From Bryobacterales bacterium (GTDB lineage Bacteria; Acidobacteriota; Terriglobia; Bryobacterales; UBA6623): 64,000 nt of DNA. A program made the position numbers and the translations under genes. The stretch spans positions 283,081-347,080 of the forward strand of contig CBDCCP010000003.1 of assembly GCA_965214915.1 (NCBI GenBank), read 5' to 3'. Of this stretch, positions 28,901 through 36,304 are shown piece after piece. Each line of letters starts with the position of its first letter. Position 1 is the first letter of the stretch. The notes beneath the pieces were generated by a model that was not told the DNA's origin, searched no databases, and was given only the letters and a program-made list of their open reading frames with translations.

Positions 28901-31900
28901 TTGCCCTCTCCATCCGCCGCCACCCCCTGGGGATCGAGCAACTGCGCCGCCGTGGCCGCGCCGCCGTCGCCTCTATCCCAGGTTCCCGCGACCGTGGTAA
29001 TTATGCCTGCGGCGTCGACCTTGCGGATGCGTCGGCTGTCCGTATCGGCGATGTACAGGTTGCCCGACCCATCTACGGCTACGCTGCGGGGAAGGTTGAT
29101 TTGCGCCGCCCTCGCCGCTTGGCCGTCGCCGCTGAAACCGGAGCCGTTGCCTCCCGCCGCCGTGGTAATGATCCCCGCTGTGTCGACCTTGCGGATGCGG
29201 CTGCCGCTGGCGATGTAGAGGTTGCCCGCTCCGTCCGCCGCCACGCTCCGGGGAGAGTTCACCCGCGCCTGGACTGCCTCGCTGCCGTCTCCGCTGTGCC
29301 CCGTCATGCCGTTTCCCGCGACTGTGGTAATCGTCCCCTCGGCGTCGACCTTGCGGATGCGGTGGTTGCTCCCATCGGCGATGTAGAGGTTGCCGTCCAC
29401 GTCCACCGCCGCGCCTGTGGGCCTCAACTGCGCCGCGATGGCCGGCTCGCCGTCCCCGCCGTATCCCGCCGTGCCGTCCCCCGCGACCGTGGCAATGTTG
29501 CCCGTAGAGGCGTCGACCTTGCGGATGCGGAAGTTGCCCGTATCGACGATGTAGAGGTTGTCCTCTCCGTCCACCGCCACGCCTCCGGGGGAGTCGAGTT
29601 GCGCCGCCGCGGCCGCCTCGCCGTCCCCGTCGAACCCCGCCGCGCCGTCTCCCGCAACCGTGGTAATCGTCCCCATAGCGTCGACCTTGCGGATGCGGTG
29701 GTTGTCGGTATCGGCGATGTAGAGGTTGCCCGAACCGTCCACAGCGATGCCTCCGGGGGAGTCGAGTTGCGCCGCCGCGGCCGCCTCGCCGTCCCCGCCG
29801 AACCCTCTCTCTCCGCTTCCGGCGACCGCAGTAATGTTGCCCGTAGCGGCGTCGATCTTGTGGATGCGGTGGTTGCCGGCGTCGGCGATGTAGAAGTTGC
29901 CGTCCAAGTCCGCCGCCACGCCCGCGGGGGAGTACAACGGCGCCGCCGTCGCCGCGCCGCCGTTCCCCCTATCCCAAGTCCCCGCAACCGTCTCGATCGT
30001 CCATCCGACGGGCGGCGGCGGAGGATCGTTGACGGTGACCGTGGCCTGAGCCTGGACCGTCCCACCGTCGGAGGCGCTGACGGTGAGGGTGTAGGTGGTG
30101 GTGGCGGCGGGGGACACGCTCTGCATGCCCGATAGCGCGACCGCGCCGATGCCTTGGTCGATCTCCGCGCTGACGGCGTTGGCCGAGGACCAGGTGAGGG
30201 TGGAGGACCGGCCGCTGGCGATCGTCGCCGGATCGGCGGTCAACACAGCCGTGAGCGCGTCGCTGACGGTGATCGTGGCCATGTCGCTGACGGAGAAGCC
30301 GTTGGCGTCGGTGACGGTGAGGGTGTAGGTGGTGGTTTCGGCCGGGGAGACGTTGACCGAACCCGCGCCGGAGCCGTCGAGGGCGACCGTCAGGTTGCCC
30401 GGATTGATGACCGCGCCGGCGGCGTTGGTGGAAGTCACCCGCAACGTCGACGACTGGCCGCCGGCGATCGTCGCCGGATCGGCGGTCAAGGCGGCCGTGG
30501 GCCGGTCGCTGACGGTGACCGTAGCCGTATCGGTGGCCGTGACGCTGTTGGCGTCGGTGACGGTGAGCGTGTACTCAGTGGTCGCGGTAGGGGAGACGCT
30601 GACCGAGCCCGCGCCCGAGGAGTCGAGGGTGACCGTGAGGTTGCCCGGCCGGACGACCGCGCCGGCGGCGTTGGTGGAAGCCGCCCGCAGCGTCGACGAC
30701 TGGCCGCTGGTAATCGTCGTCGGATCGGCGGTGAGCGTGGCCGTGGGCCGGTCGCTGACGGTGATGGTGGCCGTATCCGTAGCGGTAGCATTGTTGGCGT
30801 CGGTGACGGTCAGGGTATAGGTGGTGGTGGCGGTCGGGGAGACGCTTTGCGAGCCTGAGGCGGCGACTGCGCCGATGCCGTTGTCGATGGTCACGATGGC
30901 CCCGTTAGTGGAAGACCAGGTGAGCGTTGAGGGTTGGCCGCGGGTGATCGTGGTCGGGTCGGCGGTGAGCACGGCCGTGGGCGCGTCGCTGACGGTAACC
31001 ATGGCGGTAGCGGTGGCGGTAGCGTTGTTGGCGTCGGTGACGGTGAGTGTGTAAGTGGTGGTCTCGGTGGGGGAGACGCTGACCGAACCGGCGCCGGAGC
31101 CGTCGAGGGTGACGGTGAGGTCGCCCGGCTGAATGACCGCGCTGACGGCGTTGGTGGAAGCTACCTGCAGCGTCGCCGACTGACCGCTGGTAATCGTCGT
31201 CGGATCGGCGGTCAAGGTGGCCGTGGGCCGGTCGGTGACGGTGACCGTAGCCGTAGCGGTGGCGGTGACGTTGTTGGCGTCGGTGACGGTGAGGGTGTAG
31301 GTGGTGGTGACGGTCGGGGAGACGCTTTGCGAGCCTGAGGCGGCGACTGCGCCGATGCCGTTGTCGATGGTCACGGTGGCCCCGTTAGTGGAAGACCAGG
31401 TGAGCGTTGAGGACTGGCCGCGGGTGATCGTCGTCGGATCGGCGCTGAGCACGGCCGTGGGCGCGTCGCTGACGGTGACCATGGCCGTATCGCTGACGGA
31501 GAAGCCGTTGGCGTCGGTGACGGTCAGGGTATAGGTGGTGGTGACGGTCGGGGAGACGCTTTGCGAGCCTGAAGCGGCGACTGCGCCGATACCGTTGTCG
31601 ATGGTCACGGTGGCCCCGTTAGTGGAAGACCAGGTGAGCGTTGAGGATTGGCCGCGGGTGATCGTCGCCGGATCGGCGGTGAGCACGGCCGCGGGCGCGT
31701 CGCTGACGGTAACCATGGCCGTATCGCTGACGGAGAAGCCGTTGGCGTCGGTGACGGTGAGGGTGTAGGTGGTGGTCTCGGTCGGGGAGACGCTGACCGA
31801 TCCCGCGCCGGAGCCGTCGAGGGTGACGGTGAGGTCGCCCGGCTGAATGACCGCGCTGACGGCGTTGGTGGAAGCCACCCGCAGCGTCGAGGACTGGCCA

Positions 31901-34848
31901 CTGGTAATCGTCGTCGGATCGGCGGTCAAGGTGGCCGTGGGCCGGTCGCTGACGGTGACCGTAGCCGTATCGGTGACGGAGAAGCCGTTGGCGTCGGTGA
32001 CGGTGAGGGTATAGGTGGTGGTGACGGTCGGGGAGACGCTTTGCGAGCCTGAAGCGGCGACTGCGCCGATACCGTTGTCGATGGTCACGGTGGCCCCGTT
32101 GGTGGAGGACCAGGTGAGGGTGGAGGACTGACCGCCGGTGATCGTGGTCGGATCGGTGCTGAGCGAGGCCGTGGGCGCGTCGCTGACGGTGATGGCGACC
32201 GAATCCTGGGCCGTCTGTCCGTCGGAGGTTCTGACGGTGATGGTGTAGGCGGTAGTCTGCGTCGGCGACACGCTGCGCATGCCCGCCACGGCGACTGCGC
32301 CGATGCCTTGGTCGAGCTCCGCGCTGACGGCGCCCGTGGAGCTCCATTCCAGCGTGGTTGACTGCCCGCTGGTAATCGTGGTCTGCGCGGCGCTGAGGGT
32401 GACCGTGGGCGGGGGATCCCTGACGGTGACGGTAGCGGAGGCGGTCGCTTCCACGCCGTTAGCGTTGCGCACCGTGATGGCGTAGGCGGTAGTCTGCGCC
32501 GGGGACACGCTGTGCGCGCCCGACACGGCGACCGCGCCGATGCCCTGGTCGAGCTCCGCGCTGACGGCATAGGTCGAGGTCCACTCCAACATGGCCGACT
32601 CTCCGCGCACGATCGTAGGCGGCCGAGCGGTCAGCGTGACTGTGGGCAGCGGCGGGCTGACCCTGCGGACGCGCCGGTTGTTGGTATCGGCGATGTAAAA
32701 ATTGCCCGCCCCATCCACGGCTACGCCCCGGGGAAGGTCGATTTGCGCCGCGGTCGCCGCGCCGCCGTCGCCGCTGAAACCGGCGCCGTTGCCGCCCGCA
32801 ACCGTGGTAATGATCCCCTCCGTGTCGACCTTGCGGCTGCGGCTGCCGGCGGCGATGTACAGGTTGCCCGCCCCGTCCACCGCCACGCTCCAGGGATAGC
32901 TCAACCGCGCCTGGACCGCCGGCCCGCCGTCCCCTCTGTTCCCAGCCGTGCCGTCTCCTGCCACCGTGGTAATCGTCCCCTCGGCGTCGACCTTGCGGAT
33001 GCGGTGGTTGTTGGTATCGGCGATGTAAAAATTGCCCGCCCCATCCACGGCTACGCCCCGCGGGGAGTTGATTTGCGCCGCGATCGCCTCGTCGTTGTCG
33101 CCGCTGAAACCGGCGCCGTTGCCTCCCGCGACCGTGGTAATGATCCCCTCCGTGTCGACCTTGCGGATGCGGCTGCCGGCGGCGATGTACAGGTTGCCCG
33201 CCCCGTCCACCGCCACGCTTCGGGGGTTGCTCACCCGCGCCTCCGTCGCCGGCCCGCCGTCCCCTCGGGCGCCGCTTGTCCCGTTTCCGGCGAACGTGGT
33301 AATCGTCCCCGTGACGGCGTCGACTTTGCGCACGCGGTGGTTGCTTCCATCGGCGATGTACAAATTGCCCGCCCCGTCCACGGCCACGTCTCGGGGGGTC
33401 AACTGCGCTTGGCTCGCCGGTTCGTCGTCCCCGCCGTATCCGGAATCGGTGGTTCCCGACGATCCCGCTACCGTAGTCATGTTGCCCGCAGCGTCGACTT
33501 TGCGGATGCGGCCCGTATCGGCGACGTACAGGTTGCCCTCTCCATCCGCCGCCACGCCCTGGGGGTCGAGCAACTGCGCCGCCGTGGCCGCGCCGCCGTC
33601 GCCTCTATCCCAGGTTCCGGCGGCCGTGGTAATTGTCCCTGCGGCGTCGACCTTGCGGATGCGCCGGCTGTCCGTATCGGCGATGTACAGGTTGCCCGCC
33701 CCATCTACCGCCACGTCTTGGGGAGAGTCGAGTTGCGCTGCCGTGGCCACGCCGTCGTCGCCGCTGAAACCGCGGCCGTTGCCTCCCGCCACTGTGGTAA
33801 TGATCCCCTCGGTGTCGACCTTGCGGATGCGGCTGCCGCTGGCGATGTAGAGGTTGCCCGCTCCGTCCAGCGCCACGTTCGAGGGGTTGTTCAACCGCGC
33901 CGCGGTCGCCGCGCCGCCGTCCCCTCGAGCGCCGCTCTCCCCGGTTCCCGCGATCGTAGAAATGTTCCCCTCAGCGTCGACTTTGCGGATGCGGTGGTTG
34001 CTCCCATCGGCGATGTAGATGTTGCCCGAACCGTCCACCGCCGCGCCTGTGGGCCTCAACTGCGCCATCGTGGCCGGCTCGCCGTCCCCGCCGTATCCCG
34101 CCGTGCCGTCCCCCGCGACCGTGGCAATGTTGCCCGTAGAGGCGTCGACCTTGCGGATGCGGAAGTTGCCCGTATCGACGATGTAGAGGTTGTCCTCTCC
34201 GTCCACCGCCACGCCTCCAGGGGAGTCGAGTTGCGCCGCCGCGGCCGCCTCGCCGTCCCCGTCGAACCCCGCCGCGCCGTCTCCCGCAACCGTGGTAATC
34301 GTCCCCATAGCGTCGACCTTGCGGATGCGGTGGTTGTCGGTATCGGCGATGTAGAGGTTGCCCGAACCGTCCACAGCGATGCCTCCGGGGGAGTCGAGTT
34401 GCGCCGCCGCGGCCGCCTCGCCGTCCCCGCCGAACCCTCTCTCTCCGCTTCCGGCGACCGCAGTAATGTTGCCCGTAGAGGCGGCAACCTTGTGGATGCG
34501 GTGGTTGCCGGCATCGGCGATGTAGAAGTTGCCGTCCGCGTCCGTCGCCACGCCCGCGGGGGAGTACAACGGCGCCGCAGTCGCCGCGCCGCCGTTCCCC
34601 CTATCCCAAGTCCCCGCAACCGTCTCGATCGTCCAGTCGGCCGCGGGCTGCGCCCAGGCAACCGCCGCCTGCAACGCGGCGCAAACGGCAAAAATTAGCG
34701 GAGAGTGGAGAGCAAGACCGCTGCGCTGCGCTTGACGGGACTTCTTTGGCGGGAAGACAACGGAACACAGAAAGAAAGGGAAAGAGCGGTCGGCCCGGCC
34801 GGGCCGACCACCCGCGGTTCTCGGTCCGTTTAGCTGACGGGTTTTCAT
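22945..34848 (-). CDS. Giant (3,967-aa) secreted NHL-repeat / Ig-like-repeat protein with Solibacter-type C-terminal domain
   Basis: One uninterrupted ORF. It has four blocks of ~55-aa blades (GNLYIADxxNHRIRKVDxxGxITTVAGxGxxGFSGDGGPAxxAQLxxPxGVAVDG) and two arrays of 78-82-aa Ig-like modules (11 + 5). It also has one internal and one terminal domain of the VYAPGIFT...GDTVEIYATGLGP...VNVVVVEVP type. The N-terminus has a signal-like segment, LIFAVCAALQAAVAWAQPA. The start is uncertain; ATG 34848 is the only canonical start in frame. Confidence 0.85.
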   Translation of the reverse strand: MKTRQLNGPRTAGGRPGRADRSFPFFLCSVVFPPKKSRQAQRSGLALHSPLIFAVCAALQAAVAWAQPAADWTIETVAGTWDRGNGGAATAAPLYSPAGVATDADGNFYIADAGNHRIHKVAASTGNITAVAGSGERGFGGDGEAAAAAQLDSPGGIAVDGSGNLYIADTDNHRIRKVDAMGTITTVAGDGAAGFDGDGEAAAAAQLDSPGGVAVDGEDNLYIVDTGNFRIRKVDASTGNIATVAGDGTAGYGGDGEPATMAQLRPTGAAVDGSGNIYIADGSNHRIRKVDAEGNISTIAGTGESGARGDGGAATAARLNNPSNVALDGAGNLYIASGSRIRKVDTEGIITTVAGGNGRGFSGDDGVATAAQLDSPQDVAVDGAGNLYIADTDSRRIRKVDAAGTITTAAGTWDRGDGGAATAAQLLDPQGVAADGEGNLYVADTGRIRKVDAAGNMTTVAGSSGTTDSGYGGDDEPASQAQLTPRDVAVDGAGNLYIADGSNHRVRKVDAVTGTITTFAGNGTSGARGDGGPATEARVSNPRSVAVDGAGNLYIAAGSRIRKVDTEGIITTVAGGNGAGFSGDNDEAIAAQINSPRGVAVDGAGNFYIADTNNHRIRKVDAEGTITTVAGDGTAGNRGDGGPAVQARLSYPWSVAVDGAGNLYIAAGSRSRKVDTEGIITTVAGGNGAGFSGDGGAATAAQIDLPRGVAVDGAGNFYIADTNNRRVRRVSPPLPTVTLTARPPTIVRGESAMLEWTSTYAVSAELDQGIGAVAVSGAHSVSPAQTTAYAITVRNANGVEATASATVTVRDPPPTVTLSAAQTTITSGQSTTLEWSSTGAVSAELDQGIGAVAVAGMRSVSPTQTTAYTITVRTSDGQTAQDSVAITVSDAPTASLSTDPTTITGGQSSTLTWSSTNGATVTIDNGIGAVAASGSQSVSPTVTTTYTLTVTDANGFSVTDTATVTVSDRPTATLTADPTTITSGQSSTLRVASTNAVSAVIQPGDLTVTLDGSGAGSVSVSPTETTTYTLTVTDANGFSVSDTAMVTVSDAPAAVLTADPATITRGQSSTLTWSSTNGATVTIDNGIGAVAASGSQSVSPTVTTTYTLTVTDANGFSVSDTAMVTVSDAPTAVLSADPTTITRGQSSTLTWSSTNGATVTIDNGIGAVAASGSQSVSPTVTTTYTLTVTDANNVTATATATVTVTDRPTATLTADPTTITSGQSATLQVASTNAVSAVIQPGDLTVTLDGSGAGSVSVSPTETTTYTLTVTDANNATATATAMVTVSDAPTAVLTADPTTITRGQPSTLTWSSTNGAIVTIDNGIGAVAASGSQSVSPTATTTYTLTVTDANNATATDTATITVSDRPTATLTADPTTITSGQSSTLRAASTNAAGAVVRPGNLTVTLDSSGAGSVSVSPTATTEYTLTVTDANSVTATDTATVTVSDRPTAALTADPATIAGGQSSTLRVTSTNAAGAVINPGNLTVALDGSGAGSVNVSPAETTTYTLTVTDANGFSVSDMATITVSDALTAVLTADPATIASGRSSTLTWSSANAVSAEIDQGIGAVALSGMQSVSPAATTTYTLTVSASDGGTVQAQATVTVNDPPPPPVGWTIETVAGTWDRGNGGAATAAPLYSPAGVAADLDGNFYIADAGNHRIHKIDAATGNITAVAGSGERGFGGDGEAAAAAQLDSPGGIAVDGSGNLYIADTDNHRIRKVDAMGTITTVAGDGAAGFDGDGEAAAAAQLDSPGGVAVDGEDNLYIVDTGNFRIRKVDASTGNIATVAGDGTAGYGGDGEPAIAAQLRPTGAAVDVDGNLYIADGSNHRIRKVDAEGTITTVAGNGMTGHSGDGSEAVQARVNSPRSVAADGAGNLYIASGSRIRKVDTAGIITTAAGGNGSGFSGDGQAARAAQINLPRSVAVDGSGNLYIADTDSRRIRKVDAAGIITTVAGTWDRGDGGAATAAQLLDPQGVAADGEGNLYVADTGRIRKIDAAGNMTTVAGSSGTTDSGYGGDDEPASQAQLTPRDVAVDGAGNLYIADGSNHRVRKVDAVTGTITTFAGNGTSGARGDNGPATLARVSNPRSVAVDGAGNLYIASGSRIRKVDAEGIITTAYAGASTTAKPAIRKVDAEGIITTAAGGNGNGFSGDGESATAAQLNLPRGVAADGAGNFYIADTNNERIRKVDAATGNIATVAGTGEQGYSGDNGAATAAQLSYPTGVEADRSGNLYIADAFNFRIRKVDAEGNIATVAGDGTGGFSGDSGPATAAQLNVPYGVAPDGAGNLYIADTDNHRIRKIDAAGNIATVAGTGQQGYGGDSGAATAAQLNSPYGVAPDESGNLYIADTGNHRIRKVDAAGNITTVAGDGTSGFSGDNGPAIAAQLNAPFSVALDESGHLYIADAGNHRIRWVDAADGNIATVAGTGQQGFNGNGGPATQAQLDGPYDVAVDLAGNIYIADAFNGRIRKVSPPMPAATLIAAPAEITAGQSTTLKWTSTNAVSAEIDNGVGAVSPPSAGSATVSPTTTTTYTLTVANANNVTARATAAVTVAAAPTATLSATDTTITRGQSTTLQWTSTNAVSAEIDQRVGAVSPAAAGAHSVSPSAAGTIAYTLTVTDNNGVPAAATATLTVQDPSTLAFSADDASITAGQSTTLRWTASNANSAEIDNGIGAVSPAAAGAVTVSPAADTTYTLTVTDNNGSQAAASVTITVADRPAVSSFTVTPSTITLGQSATLAWAASGDAITARIDQRVGAVSPATAGAHSVSPSAAGTIAYTLTVTDSNGVPAAATATLTVTPAPTATLSADPTTITGGQSSTLTWSSTNGAGAEIDPGIGMVALSGSRQVSPTVTTTYTLTVTHSKGAQATASVTITVSDAPPPPVGRTIETVAGDGIQGFGGDGSAAAQAQLDSPPDVAVDGAGNLYIADGSNHRVRKVDAATGKISTVAGTGAGGSGGDGGAATAARVNNPVSVAVDGDGNLYTVSGHRIRKIDAAGIITTVAGGNGAGFSGDCGPADQAQLRSPRGVAVDRAGNFYIADTNNHRIRKVDAAGTIATVAGNGMVGSGGDGGPAVQARVSYPQSVAVDGAGNLYIAGGSRIRKVDTAGIITTAAGGNGSGFSGDGGAATAAQLNRPRGVAVDGAGGLYIADSGNHRIRRVDAAGTIATVAGSGAAGFNGDGGPATAAQLNSPQGAAVAGTGNLYIADTNNHRIRKVDASTVFPSPMPETPGFQPQPLPCEEIEEILAPAVRARAFKLPFRLAQDDEPASQTIVLYAENGEADFVAQPGQRWIAAEPARGSLAEDEETAITVKVDPSGLREGTHRGRLYIRSGGRVTARLNIVLTVLPPLGPAVAELGVVNAAVMSAFGERTSPFGAAALPVAPGSMVAVLGKNFTSGETVEAQGFPLPVSLGGARVLFDGLEAPLFAVGPQRIEAQLPSAVGLETLIPATVETGEGVGNGDGGPATAAQLESPRDVALDGVGNLYIADGSSRRVRKVDAVTGIISTTAGTGVSGAGGDGGPATAARLSNPASVAVDGWGNFYIAGGSRIRKVDTAGMITTVAGGRGSGFSGDGDAATAAQLNFPRGVAADGAGNLYIADTNNRRIRKVDAAGTIATVAGNGRIGATGDGGPATAARLTNPASVAVDRDNNLYITAGSRIRKVDAAGIITTVAGGRGSGFSGDGGPATRAQLSFPRGVAADGLGNLYIADTNNHRIRKVDAAGIITTAAGSGAAGFSGDGGPAAQAQLSSPRGVAADGLGNLYIADTHNRRIRRVDAAGIITTAAGSAEKAPGAALVLATVVVETPAGSSYPRRFFATVYAPGIFTMSGAGTGQAAALFSGEAAPAAARSYGGASRPARAGDTVEIYATGLGPAEPPLADGMNSCEPDGVCLEDFSNVNARRTIERPRVWIGGVEVAEEEVLFSGLAPTLAAVNVVVVEVPPGIEPSDEAEVVLAIDGKKSQPGVTIAVE
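26215..27430 (-). repeat. Second tandem array of 5 Ig-like coding modules
   Basis: Modules run from MPAATLIAAPAEITAGQSTTLKWTSTNAVSAEIDNG... to ...TTYTLTVTHSKGAQATASVTITVSDAPPPP. They are more diverged than those in array 1. Confidence 0.75.
28502..30003 (-). repeat. Intragenic segmental duplication, copy 2 (NHL block 2)
   Basis: Same as above, at a constant offset of 4,632 nt (1,544 codons). The shadow ORFs 28502..29218 and 33032..33850 end exactly 4,632 nt apart. Confidence 0.85.
30010..32650 (-). repeat. Tandem array of 11 Ig-like coding modules (234-246-bp period)
   Basis: I read 11 consecutive modules of the type PTAxLTADPTTITxGQSSTL...SVSPTxTTTYTLTVTDANG...TVTVSD. Periodic 77-aa antisense ORFs (30095, 30821, 31301, 31535 ...) mirror the period. 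Units 31301-31534 and 31535-31768 are almost identical. Confidence 0.85.
33134..34635 (-). repeat. Intragenic segmental duplication, copy 1 (NHL block 1)
   Basis: Protein WTIETVAGTWDRGNGGAATAAPLYSPAGVA... through ...SNPRSVAVDGAGNLYIA is near-identical to the block 4,632 nt downstream. The antisense shadow ORFs 34056..34691 and 29424..30065 are also near-identical. Confidence 0.85.
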
Positions 34849-34907
34849 CTTACGCCGTCTGCTCGAAGTTTTACGTATTCAGAGTGTTTTGCTCCGCCCC
34901 ACCCAAC

Positions 34908-34929
34908 AAAAAATGCCGCCGCGGCGGCA
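34908..34929 (-). terminator. Putative rho-independent terminator for the upstream minus-strand operon
   Basis: The minus strand reads TGCCGCC-GC-GGCGGCA followed by TTTTTT (plus-strand aaaaaa 34908-34913 then tgccgccgcggcggca 34914-34929). It lies about 170 nt downstream of the stop of the 35095..36207 gene. Confidence 0.5.
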
Positions 34930-35030
34930 ACAGAAAACTCAACGTAGCATTACCCGCTGCCTTAATATCCTTAACGTATACCAAACGCCCAAAATGGCGG
35001 CAACAGAAAACTCAACGCAGCATTGCCCGC
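34923..35030. repeat. Two ~35-bp direct repeats, 73 bp apart, in an A/T-rich intergenic region
   Basis: ggcggcaacagaaaactcaacgTagcattAcccgc (34923-34957) and ggcggcaacagaaaactcaacgCagcattGcccgc (34996-35030). Both are preceded by aaaatg. The second is followed by the hairpin cccgcc-ac-ggcggg (35026-35039). Confidence 0.8.
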
Positions 35031-35094
35031 CACGGCGGGATGTATTTTTCAATACAGTGGAGGGGCGACCCGGCGAGGGGCAGGAGGCGGACAG

Positions 35095-36207
35095 CTAAAT
35101 CGCGTAATGCGCGGGCCTGTCGTTACGTTCGCGGACGATCACCTCGGTCGGGCGGCTGAAATTGATGATGTACCCGCCGTTCAGCGGATCGTGGCGCATC
35201 GGCTGCACCTTGCCGGACGACGAGATTGCCCGCGAGAGCAGCGCATGCTTGCCTTCGTCGTCGGCATCCCAACAGGTTCTCCAGGTCGTCCAGCAGTACG
35301 GCTCCCGCCGCCCGGTCAGATCGACGCGGCGCCAGGACTTCCCCCCGTCGCAACTGAACTCGACGGCGGCCACCGTCTCGTTGCCCGCCCAGGCGATGCC
35401 TTCGACGTGATGGCGTCCGGGCTTGAGCGTCTCGTTGCGGCCGGGCCGGGTGATTTCCGACTTGGGTTGCATGGCGGCGACGATTTCGCGGCTTCTGCCA
35501 AAGCTCGAATCGCGCTCGACCGTGTATTTCACGGTTTGGAAATAGCCGTCGAAAGGCCGGTCGATGAAGGCCGCGCCGGCAAGCCATTTGACCGAGGCGA
35601 CGCCGTACCATCCGGGCACGATGAGCCGCGCCGGGCGGCCATGCGCCGGCGTCAGCGGCTCGCCATTCATGCGCAGCGCCACGACCGTGTCCGGGTGCAG
35701 CGCCACGTCCAGCGGTAGGCTGCGGGCGAATGGAATCTCTCCCTCGACGCCGCCCTCCCGCCCCTGGTCGGCGCCCTGGAAGACGATTTCCCGCGCGCTC
35801 TCGTCGATTTGTCGGTTCTCCGCCAAGTCGCGGAAAGAGACGCCCGACCACTCCGCGTTGCCCACCGCTCCGCGGCCCCACTGCACGCCGGCCGCCCGCT
35901 GCTCGAGATACGAGCGGCCGTTGCCGGCGCATTCCAACGTGGCGAAAACGCTGTGCTGCGGCAGCGCATCCAACTCGTCCCAGCGGAACTCGGCCGGACT
36001 GTCGATGCAGCCGGTCAGCCGCAGGCGCCAGTCGGACAAGTCGATCTCCGGCACGGCGAAATGGTTGCGCACGAAAAAAGATTCCGTCGGGGTAATCCAA
36101 CCGCGTTGGGCGTCCAGCGGCGTCTCGCTGTTTTCCGGCGCCTTCGTGACGATTTTGCGCGGGCTGTCGGCCGCCCGCGGAACGGGATTGACAAGGGCGC
36201 TGCTCAT
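35095..36207 (-). CDS. Sulfite-oxidase-family molybdopterin oxidoreductase
   Basis: Lies in ORF 35095..36264(-). ATG 36207 preferred (MSSALVNPVPR...); TTG 36264 is the alternative. Contains FFVRNHF, the Mo-ligand Cys motif ATLECAGNGR, RLIVPGWYG.SVKW, and a C-terminal dimerisation/Ig-like part. Confidence 0.85.
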   Translation of the reverse strand: MSSALVNPVPRAADSPRKIVTKAPENSETPLDAQRGWITPTESFFVRNHFAVPEIDLSDWRLRLTGCIDSPAEFRWDELDALPQHSVFATLECAGNGRSYLEQRAAGVQWGRGAVGNAEWSGVSFRDLAENRQIDESAREIVFQGADQGREGGVEGEIPFARSLPLDVALHPDTVVALRMNGEPLTPAHGRPARLIVPGWYGVASVKWLAGAAFIDRPFDGYFQTVKYTVERDSSFGRSREIVAAMQPKSEITRPGRNETLKPGRHHVEGIAWAGNETVAAVEFSCDGGKSWRRVDLTGRREPYCWTTWRTCWDADDEGKHALLSRAISSSGKVQPMRHDPLNGGYIINFSRPTEVIVRERNDRPAHYAI

Positions 36208-36304
36208 GGCCTCATTGTGCCATGCGCGGGACGCCACTGCAACGTTTATCTTGTTTATTTTCAAAGACTTGAATCTAAACTTTACCGATCGGAATAGTCG
36301 GCTT

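Noticed and set aside
30010-32650. Possible CRISPR array, given the regular ~234-bp periodicity
   Set aside because: The period is far too long. Whole units are homologous rather than repeat and spacer. Everything lies in one continuous ORF encoding Ig-like modules. No cas genes are present.
27562-34698. Long plus-strand ORFs (857 aa, 728 aa) and periodic 77-aa ORFs inside the giant gene
   Set aside because: They are antisense shadows of the repeat-rich minus-strand ORF. Their periodicity simply mirrors the 234-bp coding modules, and their composition is Arg/Gly/Asp/Val-rich.
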